A stretch of 64,000 nt of DNA from Perkinsus olseni (GCA_013115125.1 JABANN010000025.1:1-64000); one strand, 5' to 3'. Positions 12,501 to 25,280 are shown, numbered from the stretch's first letter. Numbers and translations are program-made. Notes: a model not told the origin generated them from the sequence alone.

Positions 12501-13907
12501 CTCCTTCCTGCTTGCCAGGGGTGAGGATCCATATGATAGCCTCACACGTAAGGGGGTAGTACCGTGGGGGTGAGGGGGAGGATGGATGGTATCAGGTGGC
12601 ATGGAGAAGGCTGATTCTATCTCGTGGAACCTACACAAGCTCTTGGGAGTTCCTCTGCAATGCAGTGCCTTGCTCTGTCGACATCCCGGATGCTTGAAGG
12701 CCGCGCATGAGGAGCAACACGGCTCGGAGGTGAGGCGGCGGAGCGAAGCGAGTACGGTTTACCAATTTGGTGGATATCTCTTTGCGAATCTCTAGCATAG
12801 GAGCGATTGATCTTGGATGAGCGACCCAGGTTCGATTCCATGCTCAGGCATTCCCATGTTTGAGTCCGCTAGACACAGTGTACTGCTCATCGATGTCGGG
12901 ACGTAAGGCTGATGCTTTCAAGGCGTGGATACTGTGGAAGAAGATGGGCGACTGTGGCATGGCCAACAGGGTTAGGCTCGTGTAGGTTGCCATGTCTTTC
13001 CATGTGCTCTTCGTACCACTCCTTCCGCAACTCGTAGGTATACGCATACGCAGGAGTTCGCGGCTATGTTGAGAAGCTTCCCTGTGCGGAAGCAGTTCGA
13101 CGAGGCCCAGCAACTGTATGAGGACCCGATCATCGAGAAGGTGAGAGAGGCTGCTGCCAAACCGTAGGGTCATGCATGGCGATTCGCTTAGGGGCCGAGC
13201 GATGTGGACGGAGCCAACGACAATGCCTTTCATCTGGCATTCGAGCCAACCTCAGCATGTGAGAGCTCGAAGTGATGTTGTTGTTTCGAAGGCGAGGTTA
13301 TTGAGGTACATGCTTCTGGTGGGTGCCGTATGACCTGAGGGAGAGGTTCATGAAGGAGGGGCCCCATGCGCTGTCTAGAGAGCTCTTCACTGTCGCTTGC
13401 CGTATGCGATCGGCTTTGCTGTCTGAAGGTGAGTCGCGGTCTGCCAAGGGAAGCGTGGGAGCCCACCGAGCGAGATCGAGGGGACTGCCGTATAGTGTCA
13501 CCATCCTGTGGCCTCCTCGAGTACTCTGCATGGACACGCCTACTGTACTAGAAACGAGCTTGTGAGTGCCGGTGTCCCTTCAGGGTCTCTGATGATATCC
13601 TTCTACTCGACTGACGAGAAGCCTGCATTCTGGCGTATACCCAATATCAATCCGGAGATCTCTCACGAGCACATGTGGGCCATCCTTAAGATCGTCAACA
13701 GGTAGGGTTCATATGCTCATCGGTGGTAGTGGGAGGTGGCAGCCCTACCCTCCTCAGAGTGGGTCATTTCTGTTTCCCGCCTGGCACTAAGAAATGGGAG
13801 AAGGACCTTTGCCGGCCGGGAGAATGCGCAGTGGTGAGCTCTCCTGCGCTGGGCTTCCCTAGAAGTTGCCGGTTCTCAGCGCTCCCGCTTGTCCTCCCCG
13901 GCACTAA
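9567..13907 (+). CDS. Cysteine dioxygenase fused to a group II PLP-dependent decarboxylase (CSAD/GAD family)
   Basis: CDO part (about 9567-10730): YSRVKV..LFQLL|VLTWSPRSRSPIHNHPCERCFLMPLQ|GDLHEERY...AWIDNSLGWHAIENSGDGLGVSLHCY|IPAYSQC. Decarboxylase part (about 10780-13907): DLS|VNTGHLFFFNQLF...LNVNM|YTFEMAPVMLLME, FDGMLLPGASHCN, VFTSANSHCSMERG, PFFVNATAGSTVAGAFDD, WLHVDGALG, ADSISWNLHKLLGVPLQCS (PLP lysine), SGRKADAFKAWILWK and FWRIPNINP. Canonical GT-AG splicing joins the two parts with no stop. Confidence 0.85.
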
Positions 13908-14354
13908 ATCCAGGCAGCTGGTCAGTGCCGCCAGAATTTGACGAGCTCAAGAAGACCCGTTCGGCTGCCCAGCTGCTGGGTGGCATAGAGGGGACTGGCG
14001 AGTTCATATGATACCTTAGTTATCATCTGCCTGTTTCATCGCATTTTCACACACTATTCGTGGCCTGCCGAGTTGGCACCACTTGTATTGCTTGTGACGC
14101 TGGACTTTTTAAAGTAAGGAGGATTATTGTTATCTATGAAGCAGCATGTCATTATTGAAGTCTACTAAGAGGTAGTATATGCCTAATGATTGAATACCGA
14201 CATCGGTCTTGGTACCCTAATGAGACTGGCTGCCAGGCTCTTACGACCGTTAGTGTTGTGTTGAGTGCAATCATCATCAACGGCAGCAGATCTTCGGGCT
14301 TTGGTTATGCGGGTATGCTGGCTTGCTAGTTTTGCCTTTTCATTGCCAAATACC

Positions 14355-17114
14355 ATGAGCGTTGTTAATATTACTATCAAGAAAGTGGACGGCTCTACAG
14401 TGGAAGTTTCGATCGACAACTCCGCTACGGTAGAGGAGCTGAAGAAGGTACGTTTGCTTGGGGCCGGTTTACTCCGATCGAACTTCATGCCGCTGCGCTG
14501 TGACTGAATCCTGCGGATCCGGTGAGGATAGCAGACTCTAGGCCAGGCCTAGGGGCCTGCTCTCGCCACCTTCCGGGAGGCGTTTCAGCGTGATGTCATC
14601 ATGAATTCAGGTAGTCCAAGAAAGAACCCAAATACCCAAGGAAACACAGAGGCTTATATTCCGCGGTCAAATATTAGCCGATGACAAAACACTCAAAGAC
14701 GCAGGTGAGAATGCTAGGGATAGTTGAATCACTGGTTGGAAGAGTTGTCACCATCAGGCTTGGTGGAGGGTGGACAGACAATACATTTGGTGCGCCACTT
14801 AGTGCCTCCAGCCCATCCTAAGGCGCCTGCTCAGCAAACTGCTGCTGGGCAACAGCACCAACAGCAGCCGACGTTGAGGCTGGGTGAGTAGTGTCGCCCT
14901 TTGCGGCGAGAGAAATGTCGTTTCCGTAGGCGCGACACCGGGATCGGCTCCTGCTGGGACGCAAAGTCCCTTCGGCATGCCCGGTATGGGACAGGCCGGA
15001 ATGACTCCCGAAGCGTTATCAGAGATGATGAACAACCCAGTGGTGGAAAGTATGATGTCCAATCCACAAATTATGAGGAGTAGGACGGTCTTAGAAAGAC
15101 AGTTGTCGGGGAAGCACATATCGTCCGCCCTCTTGTAGGTCTCATTGAGATGAACCCGCAAATGCAGCAACTGATGCAACAGAATCCAGAGTTAAGAACT
15201 CTTATAGAGGATCCGGAGGTAGGGAATATCTTCGAGGTTACTGAGGGAAGATACGGTCGAGGTCGAGGTCGACGTGATGCTTGATCGTTTAGTTTTTACG
15301 ACAAACCATGCAAGCTGCCCGTAACCCGAGTATGATGCAGGAAATGATGCGAAACAACGATCGGCAAATGGCCAACTTGGACAGCATACCAGGTGATGCT
15401 GTGGGGCTTTCACCCTCGGTGGGCTCGATGAAGCACAGTCTAGTACCGGTAACTTGGCCGCAGTTGAAGGTGCATTTCGCGTGGGCAGAGGGTACAGCCA
15501 TGTTCTCTCAAATTCGGCCGGGGTCACTTACCCTGAGTGTTACTGGCCTGTAACGGCATGCCTGGGGTTGGCCATCAACTTGGCTCGTCCATAATGTCTA
15601 CTGATTGCTGATGCTCTTAGGTGGGTACGCAGCTCTATCGAGGATGTACCGGGACGTACAGGAGCCCATGTGGAATGCCGCATCAGGAGGTAAGGCATCA
15701 CATCCTCCCTTCGTCTACTGTGTTTCCCTCAGCTGATGCACACGGTGGTACCTCATCGGCGTCGCAGTTGATGCAGGCCATGCAGCAGGATAGGGAGACC
15801 GGCCCTAACAATAGGCCCCTCGGCAACCCATGGGGGACGGCGACCGGTGCACCACCGTCTACTGCAGCAGCCCCTCCTGCTGCAAGCACTGGTAGTACTC
15901 GGGGGTGCATCTTATTCACTGAAATTATTGACAGCCGGGTCGAGCTTGATTGCAATAAGTTGTAGAGTGCAAGGATGCAGGAAGATATCCGTTGCTTGTA
16001 GATTGGAAATCACACTAGGTTCTAGGACTTGGGCTCCACGTTTCATCCCGTGATTGAGAACTGGGAGGATCGAGTCTTTGGAATACCCTATATTAAGCGT
16101 ATGCATCAATAGCGAGTATGGTCTCCTCGAGGTACCCAAGGGCAGCAGCAGCAGCAGCAGCCATCGACGGCGCACACCGGTACTGCTCCTGCTGGAATTC
16201 CGCCGCCCATGGTGAATCCCTTCGCCTCGATGTTCGGGATGGCCCAGCCCTCGACGTCGGCTGCGACAGGGTCATCTCAGCAGCCCCCGGCCGCCACAAC
16301 GCCCAATCCCTTCTCATTCATGGCTATGCCCCAATCACAGGGCACGACACCCGCTGGTAGGCAAGATACCGAAGCGAGATGGATATGGTCGGTTTGTATG
16401 AAGGTGCAGCTCCCTCCGGCGCTGCAGCAGGAGGAACGGCGGCCCCTAGTGGGTCTACCGCCGGCCAGGGGCAGCATAGGAATCCCTTCGCCGAGTGGCT
16501 GTCGAATCCCGGTGTGCAGGATATGATGGGACAAATGATGAGCCAGATGTTCACCTCCCAAACACAACAGCAACAGCAACAGCAGTCACAATCGGGAGCG
16601 GCCTCCAATGTAGTACTCGATAATTTGGGACATCGCTGAACCATCGCGTGGCTCCGACTGGGGAGTTGATATAGCATGGCTATTTGATGGTGTACCTTGA
16701 GTGCTAGTCGTGGTTGAGGGCTCCTGTTTGAGCAGGCTCCACGTACTCTTCTTTCAGTCTAGTACGGCCGCCCCATCGGGGCCCTTCATGTTCCCTATGG
16801 GAATGAACCCTAGTACTACGACGCCTTTTAATCCCTTCCAACCTAGCTCCTCAGCTGCGATGGGCCATCAGGCTTCGCCAGCTCAAGCCGATCCAGCTGT
16901 GCAGTTTCGACCACAACTGTCGGCGTTGGAGAGCATGGGGTTCACTAACAGACAGCAGAATCTGGACGCCCTTAGGAGAGGTGAGTCTCAGCACTACTTT
17001 CCTGTTTCGATCCTTCTTTCCTCAGCCAACGGTAACGTCAACAGGGCTCTCGATCTCCTCCTGGCTGAGCCTCAACCTTCATCCCCGCCGCAGCAGGACG
17101 GCGCCGCCCAGTGA
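14355..17114 (+). CDS. DSK2: Ubiquilin / Dsk2 (UBL-STI1-UBA)
   Basis: N-terminal UBL ([26 protein letters not shown]...[16 protein letters not shown]), STI1 repeats ([42 protein letters not shown]) and C-terminal UBA ([37 protein letters not shown]). Confidence 0.93.
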
Positions 17115-17261
17115 GACCCCTAAGGCTACAGTATGCGCTACCAGGGTTCAATTTTCTGTATAATCTTTGTTTACCATCTCTATGTGAAGCAGCTGTGGAG
17201 TTGAGTGATCAAGGGACAGTCGGTGAGAGTAGTTTTTCTCTGTGCGTTTTGTCTCCTCGAG

Positions 17262-18228
17262 ATGGCGACCCAAGTGTTGGCGGCCGGTTCGGACGGTAGC
17301 CAGGTGGACATTTCCCGATGGAACGTGAGTCGCCGAATATGCGAAAATTGCTGTTTTTCGGTACCGTTGCTCGGAGAGTTGTAGCGACTGAGATGTGTAT
17401 CGTGCACTTCCATCAGTGCCCGATGGTGACAAGTGACTGTCTTAGATTCTCTACCCCAACTACTTGAATGCTGCCAAGACGGTACCGGAGGGACGGAGGA
17501 TAGCCAAGGCGAAGTGGGTCGCTCTGGAGGACTCTCGTATGTTGGGCGCGGACAGCGAGCGCTGTTCAGGTGTGTTGAGAACCCGACTGTACTAGAGATG
17601 GGGGAAGCTTGTAGACACCTGCAGATCCCGTGTGTGTTAGAGGTAAACTTGTCGGATGTTGGCCCGGGTTCGATCCCCGGTATAGGTATTTTTGCTTGTT
17701 AGGATAAGTGTTACCCTAGAGATTGGTTGGTCCGGGGTCGGCTCAGAGTGAAGCTCACTGATGATGATGGCAAGCCGCTGAGGTCAGAGATTGCCGGAAG
17801 TAAGATTACAGTGCTCTCCAATGGAGAGTCTCCGTCCTGATGCCCTCATCCGGATGCCTCTATTATCGCCTTCAATCGGTTCTCCCGTCCGAACATAAAC
17901 TTGAACGATGAGGGACCGAGTACCCAGGTCGACTCGCGACACCCTAACCGACAGCGTCGAGGCACTGAGTGGTGCTAAGCTGCCTGAAAGTCTCCTCTTT
18001 GTTTCACGGCATTCGGTGACGCGCGGTTATAGAGATCCAGGTTTACAGAGTTCGTTCTCAGAACGGCAACTACTGGAGAAGATGGGTGAGGTCATCCCAA
18101 CGTTGAAGTCACGAACGCACCCGCCGAAGGAAGAGCACCACCACGGCAAGGAGGCCCCAGCGGCGTCATCTAAGGCAACCGCTGGCCATCCACATAAGAG
18201 CAATAAGAAGAAGAATAAGAGGAAGTAA
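17262..18228 (+). CDS. SRP19: Signal recognition particle 19 kDa protein
   Basis: Spliced translation: RWN|ILYPNYLNAAKTVPEGRRIAKAK|CVENPTVLEMGEACRHLQIPCVLE|DKCYPRDWLVRGRLRVKL ... RQLLEKMGEVIP, with a Lys-rich tail. Confidence 0.92.
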
Positions 18229-18375
18229 CCGTTCTCGACAAGTTGTACACTGGACATTCGCTGGAGCGCTGCCTTGGGTTCATCCGGCTTGGGCCAGGGG
18301 CCGCCATCTCGAGTATTCAGTGTTATTTCTATTGTAAATGGTTGGAGGACCGATATCGTTGGGAGCAGGAGACCA

Positions 18376-19601
18376 TGGGAGTGAATACCGCCCCCACAGA
18401 CAAGGTCGGGTATGTTCTACTGCTGCTGATGATGGGAGTTTGAAATATCGGGACCGGCCATTAGAGGTAGTACGGGAAGCCGAATGTGGGCAGGCTTATG
18501 TCGTCGTATGGATCAACAATACTGAATAAGACGGAGATTGTCTGTTTGTGATTGGGAGTGGCCGCATGTAAGTGCATGCAGTTGATTGGGGATGGCCTAA
18601 GGAATACCGTTGAGTCGAGGTGTTGCAATTGGAGTGGTACGAGAAATGATAATCTAGAGAATTTTTTTCGACTAACTGGGATCGTCTCGTACAAGACGAG
18701 CAATTCACGGGCTTCGGTTCGTCACAGGATGAGGGTGGAAGGAAAGGCCGATGCGCTTTAGGTCCCTTCGCCGTCGACGTCCTCTCATGACCGGATACGG
18801 AGTCTCTTACCGCACCCTCGCTATGCTGAGCGGAGTCTAACATTCGAAGATCTCTCGTGGCTCGAGGTGGAAGATCGTAATTTCCTCATAACAAGCGTCT
18901 TGAATCACCCACCGAGAGATCGAAAGGTTAAGGAAAAGTAGGTATGGTCTCGGCGGCGCGCTGAGGTTCCCACCTAATCCCGAGTCGCGGTGGGAATGAG
19001 CGTATCGCTGCTCACCTCAGGTACGTGAACCGAGACACTGTTCCGTACTTCGTCCAGCGTCGGCGGTTACTGCGCCGATATGTCTTGGGCAATTCACGAA
19101 GTCTTGTAGATGATGCCGAATTCGGTACGCTGTCTTTGGCAGTTCCCCGGTATCTGTGGCTCACCGGCATTTGTCAGGCGAGCTGTTCCGTACGGTGAAG
19201 GACTTGAAGTCGGAGGGCAGCCATCAGTGTCAGAGCTCGGAGGGACTCCCCATTGGACGCTCTACTCAGGATTCCGGACGGAAACAAATCTGGTTGGTGG
19301 AACGTACTCAATGTAAGTCAGGTGCCATCTTGGGCTGCCTTCGACCGCCTCCTCAGGTGATCGGCCCAACATGCCGATGGCGCCAGGCACTCTGATGGTA
19401 TGCAAATGCATAGACATAGAGGCGCTCTTCCATGACCCAGTGGGAGGGGAGGAGGAGGGCGAGGAAGGAGGCCAGGGCTATAGTCTCGACCGTCATCAGG
19501 GGCGACCGAAGCACTGTATTCGGGAGGACACTCTGGTCGAGATGTTCTTTTCCAAATTGTTCACCCGGTGGGCATTGAAGAACAACATCTGGGCGTTCTA
19601 A
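18376..19601 (+). CDS. Hypothetical multi-exon protein
   Basis: Several GT-AG-bounded coding-like segments (MGVNTAPTDK; HDRIRSLLPHPRYAERSLTFEDLSWLE; last exon ending ALKNNIWAF*). No family recognised, and the model is incomplete. Confidence 0.3.
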
Positions 19602-19843
19602 CAGGGTTCATATTCTCAGGTTTTTCGGGTGTCCAAATTTCGATCGTTTGATCGACGTGTTGCACGACAGCGCTCGAGTTTACTTTTTATTTGAGTTCTT
19701 TGAAGGCGGTGACCTCCTCGATTATATGACAGCTCGAGCCTTGCAGGTGCAGAACCGTCGAAGGTAGTAGTTAGAGGGATGGGCTCACTGCCACTGCTCA
19801 ATGCCAACTGATGAGGGAAGCTTTCTGACACCTCTAGCTGAGG

Positions 19844-22085
19844 TTGCCGGTGTCTTCTCGAAAGACATGGGCCCTTGAACGCATTTGTTTGTTCACCATT
19901 TCGGGGCATCGAGGTGTACCTGGAGGGAATTTCACTCTGAATTTCTTCACTTCCGTTTCACTCAGAAACTCACCATACGGGCTCGAGAGAATTTCACGTG
20001 GGAGGACAGTGAACTCGAGCCGAGCTGCCGTATTCTGTCTCAGGGCATCCGTGGCGGAGTCAGCTCCAGTGGACGATCTCTCCGGGCCTGTGGACGACTC
20101 AGTCAGCGCTGCATCGCCTATGTCCTGTCCTGATGGTGACGCAACGGTTCGCCTGACGGTCGACAGGCAAGGCTTGCGGAAGTTCTTTGAAGAGGTCACA
20201 TCACCGGGGAAGGAAAAACCAGACCAGCCTCACCAGCCACGCGCTGATGAGGTGGGGTTCATGGGGGCGGCCGTAGTCAAGAAATATGGTATAGTTTTAG
20301 GGCGCTCGAGAAGAGGTGGTAGCTATCCCAAGCACTCCGAGTAAAGAGAGTAAGACTGAAGTGCAGGAGGAGACACCGCCAACAGTGGTCCGGCTCAATG
20401 TCAAGGTCGGTCGTGGAAAAATGCAATAATCGTAGCGGAGCGAAGCAGTGATTTAGGAAGTTTGTATTATCCTGGCTAGCCTGACCAATGCTTTGGACTT
20501 ACTCCATTCCCTTCATCTGGCCCACTTGGACGTATCGCCCGAGCAAGTGCTGGTCCACATATCGCCGCACAACGGGCGAGTAGTATCAGCAGCTCTCACC
20601 GATTTGGCTCAGGTAGGTTGCTAGGAACACCATCGTCAATTTATGTAACTTCACTTTCGGTCGCCTTCTTCCCCATCTGCAAGCTTATAGTTGCTTAGCG
20701 TCGCTTCTCAATTTCTTCCGGGCCTCTCAGCTCTCGCGAGGCTTCCGATGTCGATTCAAACGCTTGTCCGTCGACACCGTATAATGCGGAAAATTTCTCT
20801 TGTGTGCAGAATAGTGCCAGACTGGCACTGCCAGTACGATTTGTCTTTCCCGCGCGCTACGAAATTCTGAGACTACCAGCAGTCCTTCGAGCGCTGCCTC
20901 ACGCATTCGCTGGTATATTTCAGTGCAGCACGGTGAATCAGCTGCGCACCTCGTCCCTTCGCAAATCCGGCAAGGCCCTCTACCGCGCCCCCGAGATGTA
21001 TCACCAGTTGCCCGCGGTCCTCGCTGCTAGCCGCCCTCCTAGGTAGGACGGTGACACCACTACTCCACTGATCTGCGAGGACTTTCTCTCAGTCTCTGGC
21101 TGGCTGGAGACATGTGGTCCGTTGGAGTGGTGGGGCTGGTCATGTGCCTCGGTGGACCTCTATGGGCGAGCGCAACTGCTGACGATGAAAAGTGGGTGTA
21201 TCTTTGTTCCCTGTATTAGACCATCATCGAGCTCAGATACCGTCATTTCTTGGAACATGCCGGTCCGGACGTATTCTACTATCTCAGCCAAGTGCAGCAC
21301 CTCCCGAGCGAGCTTGCGGCGCTTCTCGCTGGCCTTCTGCAGCCCCAGCCGCAGGTGAAGATACTTGCCCTCCGTCGCCGTAGTTGTAGTAGTCTTTGTT
21401 CGCCCATCTCAGGAGCGACTGACCATCTCGCTGTGTCGGATGTCGGAAGCGCTGTCTCCTGAGTTCATGGAGCGGCATGACGTTACGGCTGACTCGGAGC
21501 CTCATCAGCTCCTTCAGTGCTCCTTTGATACCGGTAGTAATGATGAGGCCATCCACTGGTTCTCCCCGCTCTAAAACTCCCCTGGGGTACTATTCTAGTG
21601 CTGACTAGATTACTGTATTTTCTTTGTCTAGAGTGAGAAAATTGGAGCGCGACCACTGAGCTTATCTGATCGCAAATGCGCTGCTGGTCCTAACCTGTCC
21701 TAGCAGTCTCTCGGCTGTATCATCAGCTGGTTCAGGTGGCGGATCACAGCCCCATGTAGGGAAGAGAAGAATGCTCTTCAACGCCGTTATCAGGAGCATG
21801 GTCGAGGTCTGGAATAAGGCAATGACCCCCAGCCACAACTTCTCTGCTCTTCCAGTATTCAGTCTCAGGTCTCAATGGCTATACCTTTGTCACCGAAGAT
21901 GGCCCATCGGACGGATACCAACAACACCGCAACTACGGTGGACAGTACCCGCATCGAGTCGCCCAGTCAGCTGCTGCCCCTCGACACCAACTCGGCAGCA
22001 GCCTCACCTCTCAATGAGCAAGCCGGCGTTGAGAAATAGCAAGATCGGCAAGATCACCAAGATTGTCTTTCTACTATTTGATTGA
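19844..22085 (+). CDS. Hypothetical multi-exon protein
   Basis: A 166-codon open frame (19844-20344) plus downstream exon-like segments. No family recognised; boundaries uncertain. Confidence 0.25.
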
Positions 22086-22636
22086 TTACTGCTTGAATTA
22101 AGATCATTTAACGGCACCGCGGCATCATCTATGATAGTATCAGCGGCATGATTGCTCTCTGCTTGGTCTCCGTATCGCCCTCCTGTTGAGGCATCTGAGG
22201 TCGACTCGCGCACGACGAGAGATCTCTTGTGCTTTCAACTTGGTCATTGCATGCTTGAATTGGATGATGAACTGCAGCCCACACTTGCACCATAATCGTC
22301 GTTCGAAGTTGATGTTGTCGTTATCGCTGCTGCCTCGTCTTACTATCGCCAAGTCCACTGGTCTATAAGTATACTGATGTATTCTTGCGAGCACACGTAG
22401 CTCCTCCTCGCCCTCGTCTCGTAGATGATTGCGCAACTGCTCGTCGCCATTCTGCTGCGTTGGCTCAGAACGTCGCCTGATCGAGGCATTCTGGGACTTC
22501 ACCAATACCACCACTGGAGTACCGCTTCCCCGTACAAGTGCCTCAATCACCGTGTGATGTCGTGTTGGCGAATTGCAAGGAGCGGGGCGGTCTATCGACT
22601 GTTCACAGTGTGATTTATTTTGTTAATTTCAAGAGC

Positions 22637-23554
22637 ATGCAGGTGAACACAGAAGCTAGCAACACATCGGCCATGAGGCAGCTCAATCTCAAAAAGCAAA
22701 GAGTATCATAAAACTTCGCTCCGCTAGGGCCGATAAATCTCCACGTAGGTGTGCGAGTCAGCTCTTGAGCACAAGGAGGTCGACCTGTCTTGCGACAGCT
22801 CTGGACTGCTCGACCTTAAGGTCTCCACGGTGCTCAACGCGAACCCTGATTTCGGTGAGAAGCTAAGGTTGCTTCCATCTTTGCATGGCCCCTACCAGGT
22901 TCCCTGGCGGATATCTTGGCACCCAACACCGAGAACGCGGTGGTGAGCGATGCCGACCAGCAACTTCTAATAAAAGTACATCCTAGTCCAGTCGGGTTCG
23001 CTCCAGCCACTATACTCAGTTATCATTCCGCGAGCTCGTGCATGCGAAGTCGATCATCATAGGAGCTGACCATCCTCCACAGGGTGGAGAGGAAGACGAG
23101 GATTCCTATTCAGCCCCTATGGCCGTCAAGGTGGGCAACTACTGCACTACTCGCCGTTACACCTGTGCCGTTGCAGGTGTTCGCCAATCAGCCTGCCATG
23201 GACTTCAATGACATAGAGTCGGGGAGTGTGAGTCCAGGTATCGTCGTCATAGCGTTTCCCTTTCGCTCATTGTTTTCCTGGCACTAGGCGGTGAGTTTAC
23301 CCTGAGCTTCAGTAAAGGAGACGAAGAAATGCCTCTGATGCAGCACAAGTTCTCGGTGAGTGGTGGAGAGCGCTCGCCCGGCTGATCGATTTGAGTGTCC
23401 TGAACAACTATCTTCTCTCTTCTGCTAGCGGGTGAAGGATCTTGCTATATTCGTCGAAGACAATACGTGCCAGACGGAGTTCTCTTACATCAACCGACTT
23501 CGGGTGATGGGGTGCAAGGCGCCTACCTATCATTCTGAATACAAGAAACAATAA
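22637..23554 (+). CDS. PITH (proteasome-interacting thioredoxin-like) domain protein
   Basis: Exons read DADQQLLIK, VK|VFANQPAMDFNDIES and MPLMQHKFS|RVKDLAIFVEDNTCQTEFSYINRLRVMG. These match the PITH pattern (SD.D.QLLI; KLF.N...MDF.D; KF..V..L.IF.E.N). Confidence 0.8.
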
Positions 23555-23703
23555 ACCGCGGTGAAGTGTCGCATTTGTCGTGTTTTGGCTAGTTTCATAC
23601 CGCATCCCTCGTCTTCCGAGTTCGTTGTAGTCACTGAATGCTCTGAGGTCGTGTGGGTGTATGAGAAGTCCCATGTCGCCATTCAGTAGTTGACAGTGTT
23701 GTG

Positions 23704-24542
23704 ATGTTCTTGGCTCGGGTAACCCCTCGACTCAGCGGCCTTGTTACTCCAGCAGCGGCCGTTACGCGCTCCACCACGATCCTCACCGTCAGGAAGGGTA
23801 CGTCTCCTGCGTGCTGCGGGTGGGAGATGAGGATTCTCAGGGCCCGACGTGGTGATCATGGGTGATGGTCAAGTAAGCCTTGGCGATATGATTATTAAAG
23901 ACAATGTTCGTAAACTGAGGCGAATCAACGACAACATCATTGCCGGTTTTGCTGGTAAGCTAATCGTAGTCACAGTAGTGTTGATCGCAGCCTGATTCAC
24001 ATCGTACAGGGTCCACGGCCGACTGCCTGGCCTTGATGGACAAACTCGAGGGGAAGCTGGAGGAACATCCTCAACAGCTTCTGAGGAGCTGCGTGGAGTT
24101 GGCTAAGATGTGGAGGACAGACAAAATCCTACGGCACCTGCAGGTGCGTACGACGTCTGCGCTTATCGCTGTACATTTCTGTGCTCAGGCTGTGATTCTC
24201 GTCGCCGATGAGAACATCACATTGGAAGTGACGGGCAATGGTGACGTGCTGGAAGCTAAAGACGGAATCTTTGCCGTCGGTTCGGGTGGACCCTACGCCT
24301 TGGGTAACTCAGTCTCTTCTCTGGCCTAGCGGTATTCCCGATCTCGTTCAGCCGCGGCGCGGGCGTTGATCGATACGGAGCTGACTGCTCATGAAATCTG
24401 CGAGAAGGCCATGAAAATAGCAGCTGGTGAGGGCCAGGTCTCCGCTGTTGTCCTATGCTCAGTACTGATTGTTTCAGATATATGCGTCCACACCAACCAC
24501 AACTTCACTGTGGAGACGCTGAAAACTGCGACGAAAGATTGA
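23704..24542 (+). CDS. hslV: Mitochondrial HslV (ClpQ) protease subunit
   Basis: An Arg/Ala/Ser-rich, acid-free presequence [23 protein letters not shown] precedes the catalytic TTILTVRKG. Also [49 protein letters not shown] and DICVHTNHN. Confidence 0.95.
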
Positions 24543-25280
24543 GCCCTTTCATGACTTGTTGATATCGTTTTTGGACTCAATGTGTTGTGTGCTCCGTAGT
24601 GTCCTTCATGAAGAGTGCCAAGTCTGGCTCGCGATCTTCGGCTTGCATAATCCCTAGCACGAAGGTGAATGGTGTCGCGAAAACGAGCAACATAAGACCC
24701 GATCAGAGTGGAATACCAAACGGCCGGCTGTTCCTCAATTATGAAAATTATAATGATGTTCATAATTATTAATTATAAAATTTTTCCTCGGTCAATTCAA
24801 AGTCGATGTGAACTTTTATAGAAAAGAATTCCATTTTCCGTGCCTTTCAACTTCACCCGAAAAAATACTTGACTTGATCGGGAAATTGTATATGCCTCTA
24901 GACGCTGGAGAGTAAAGAACTACTGGCGGATTGGAGGCCTTCCGAAAGCTGCTGGGCTTCTGGGCAAGACCATGTTCTCACGTATTGCTCCTTGAGGGCG
25001 CCAGCTAGTGAGCCTTCGCTCGGGTTAGACTGCCGCTAATAACAGGCCAGGAATTCACCCGTCAACGAGTGATGACTATCATAAGCCGTTGTGGCTCCGT
25101 GTGTTAGCGACTTCGACCCCTCCGCAGTGACCCGAGCTGAACTCAAAGACTGATGTATTCTGAAATGGACTGCTGCAGTGCAGAGCTCCGACGATTGAGG
25201 AGTAGCTTTGTTCTCGTTAAAGCTATTGGAAGTGGTAGTAATAGTGCTAGTAGCAGTTATGATGATGATCAGTAGTCAAC

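Noticed and set aside
22140-22550. 136-codon minus-strand ORF as a gene
   Set aside because: It has no ATG start or recognisable motif, so it cannot be told apart from a chance ORF.
14355-24542. Proteostasis gene cluster (ubiquilin, PITH, HslV)
   Set aside because: Unrelated genes lie between them and they act in different compartments. Nothing supports co-regulation.
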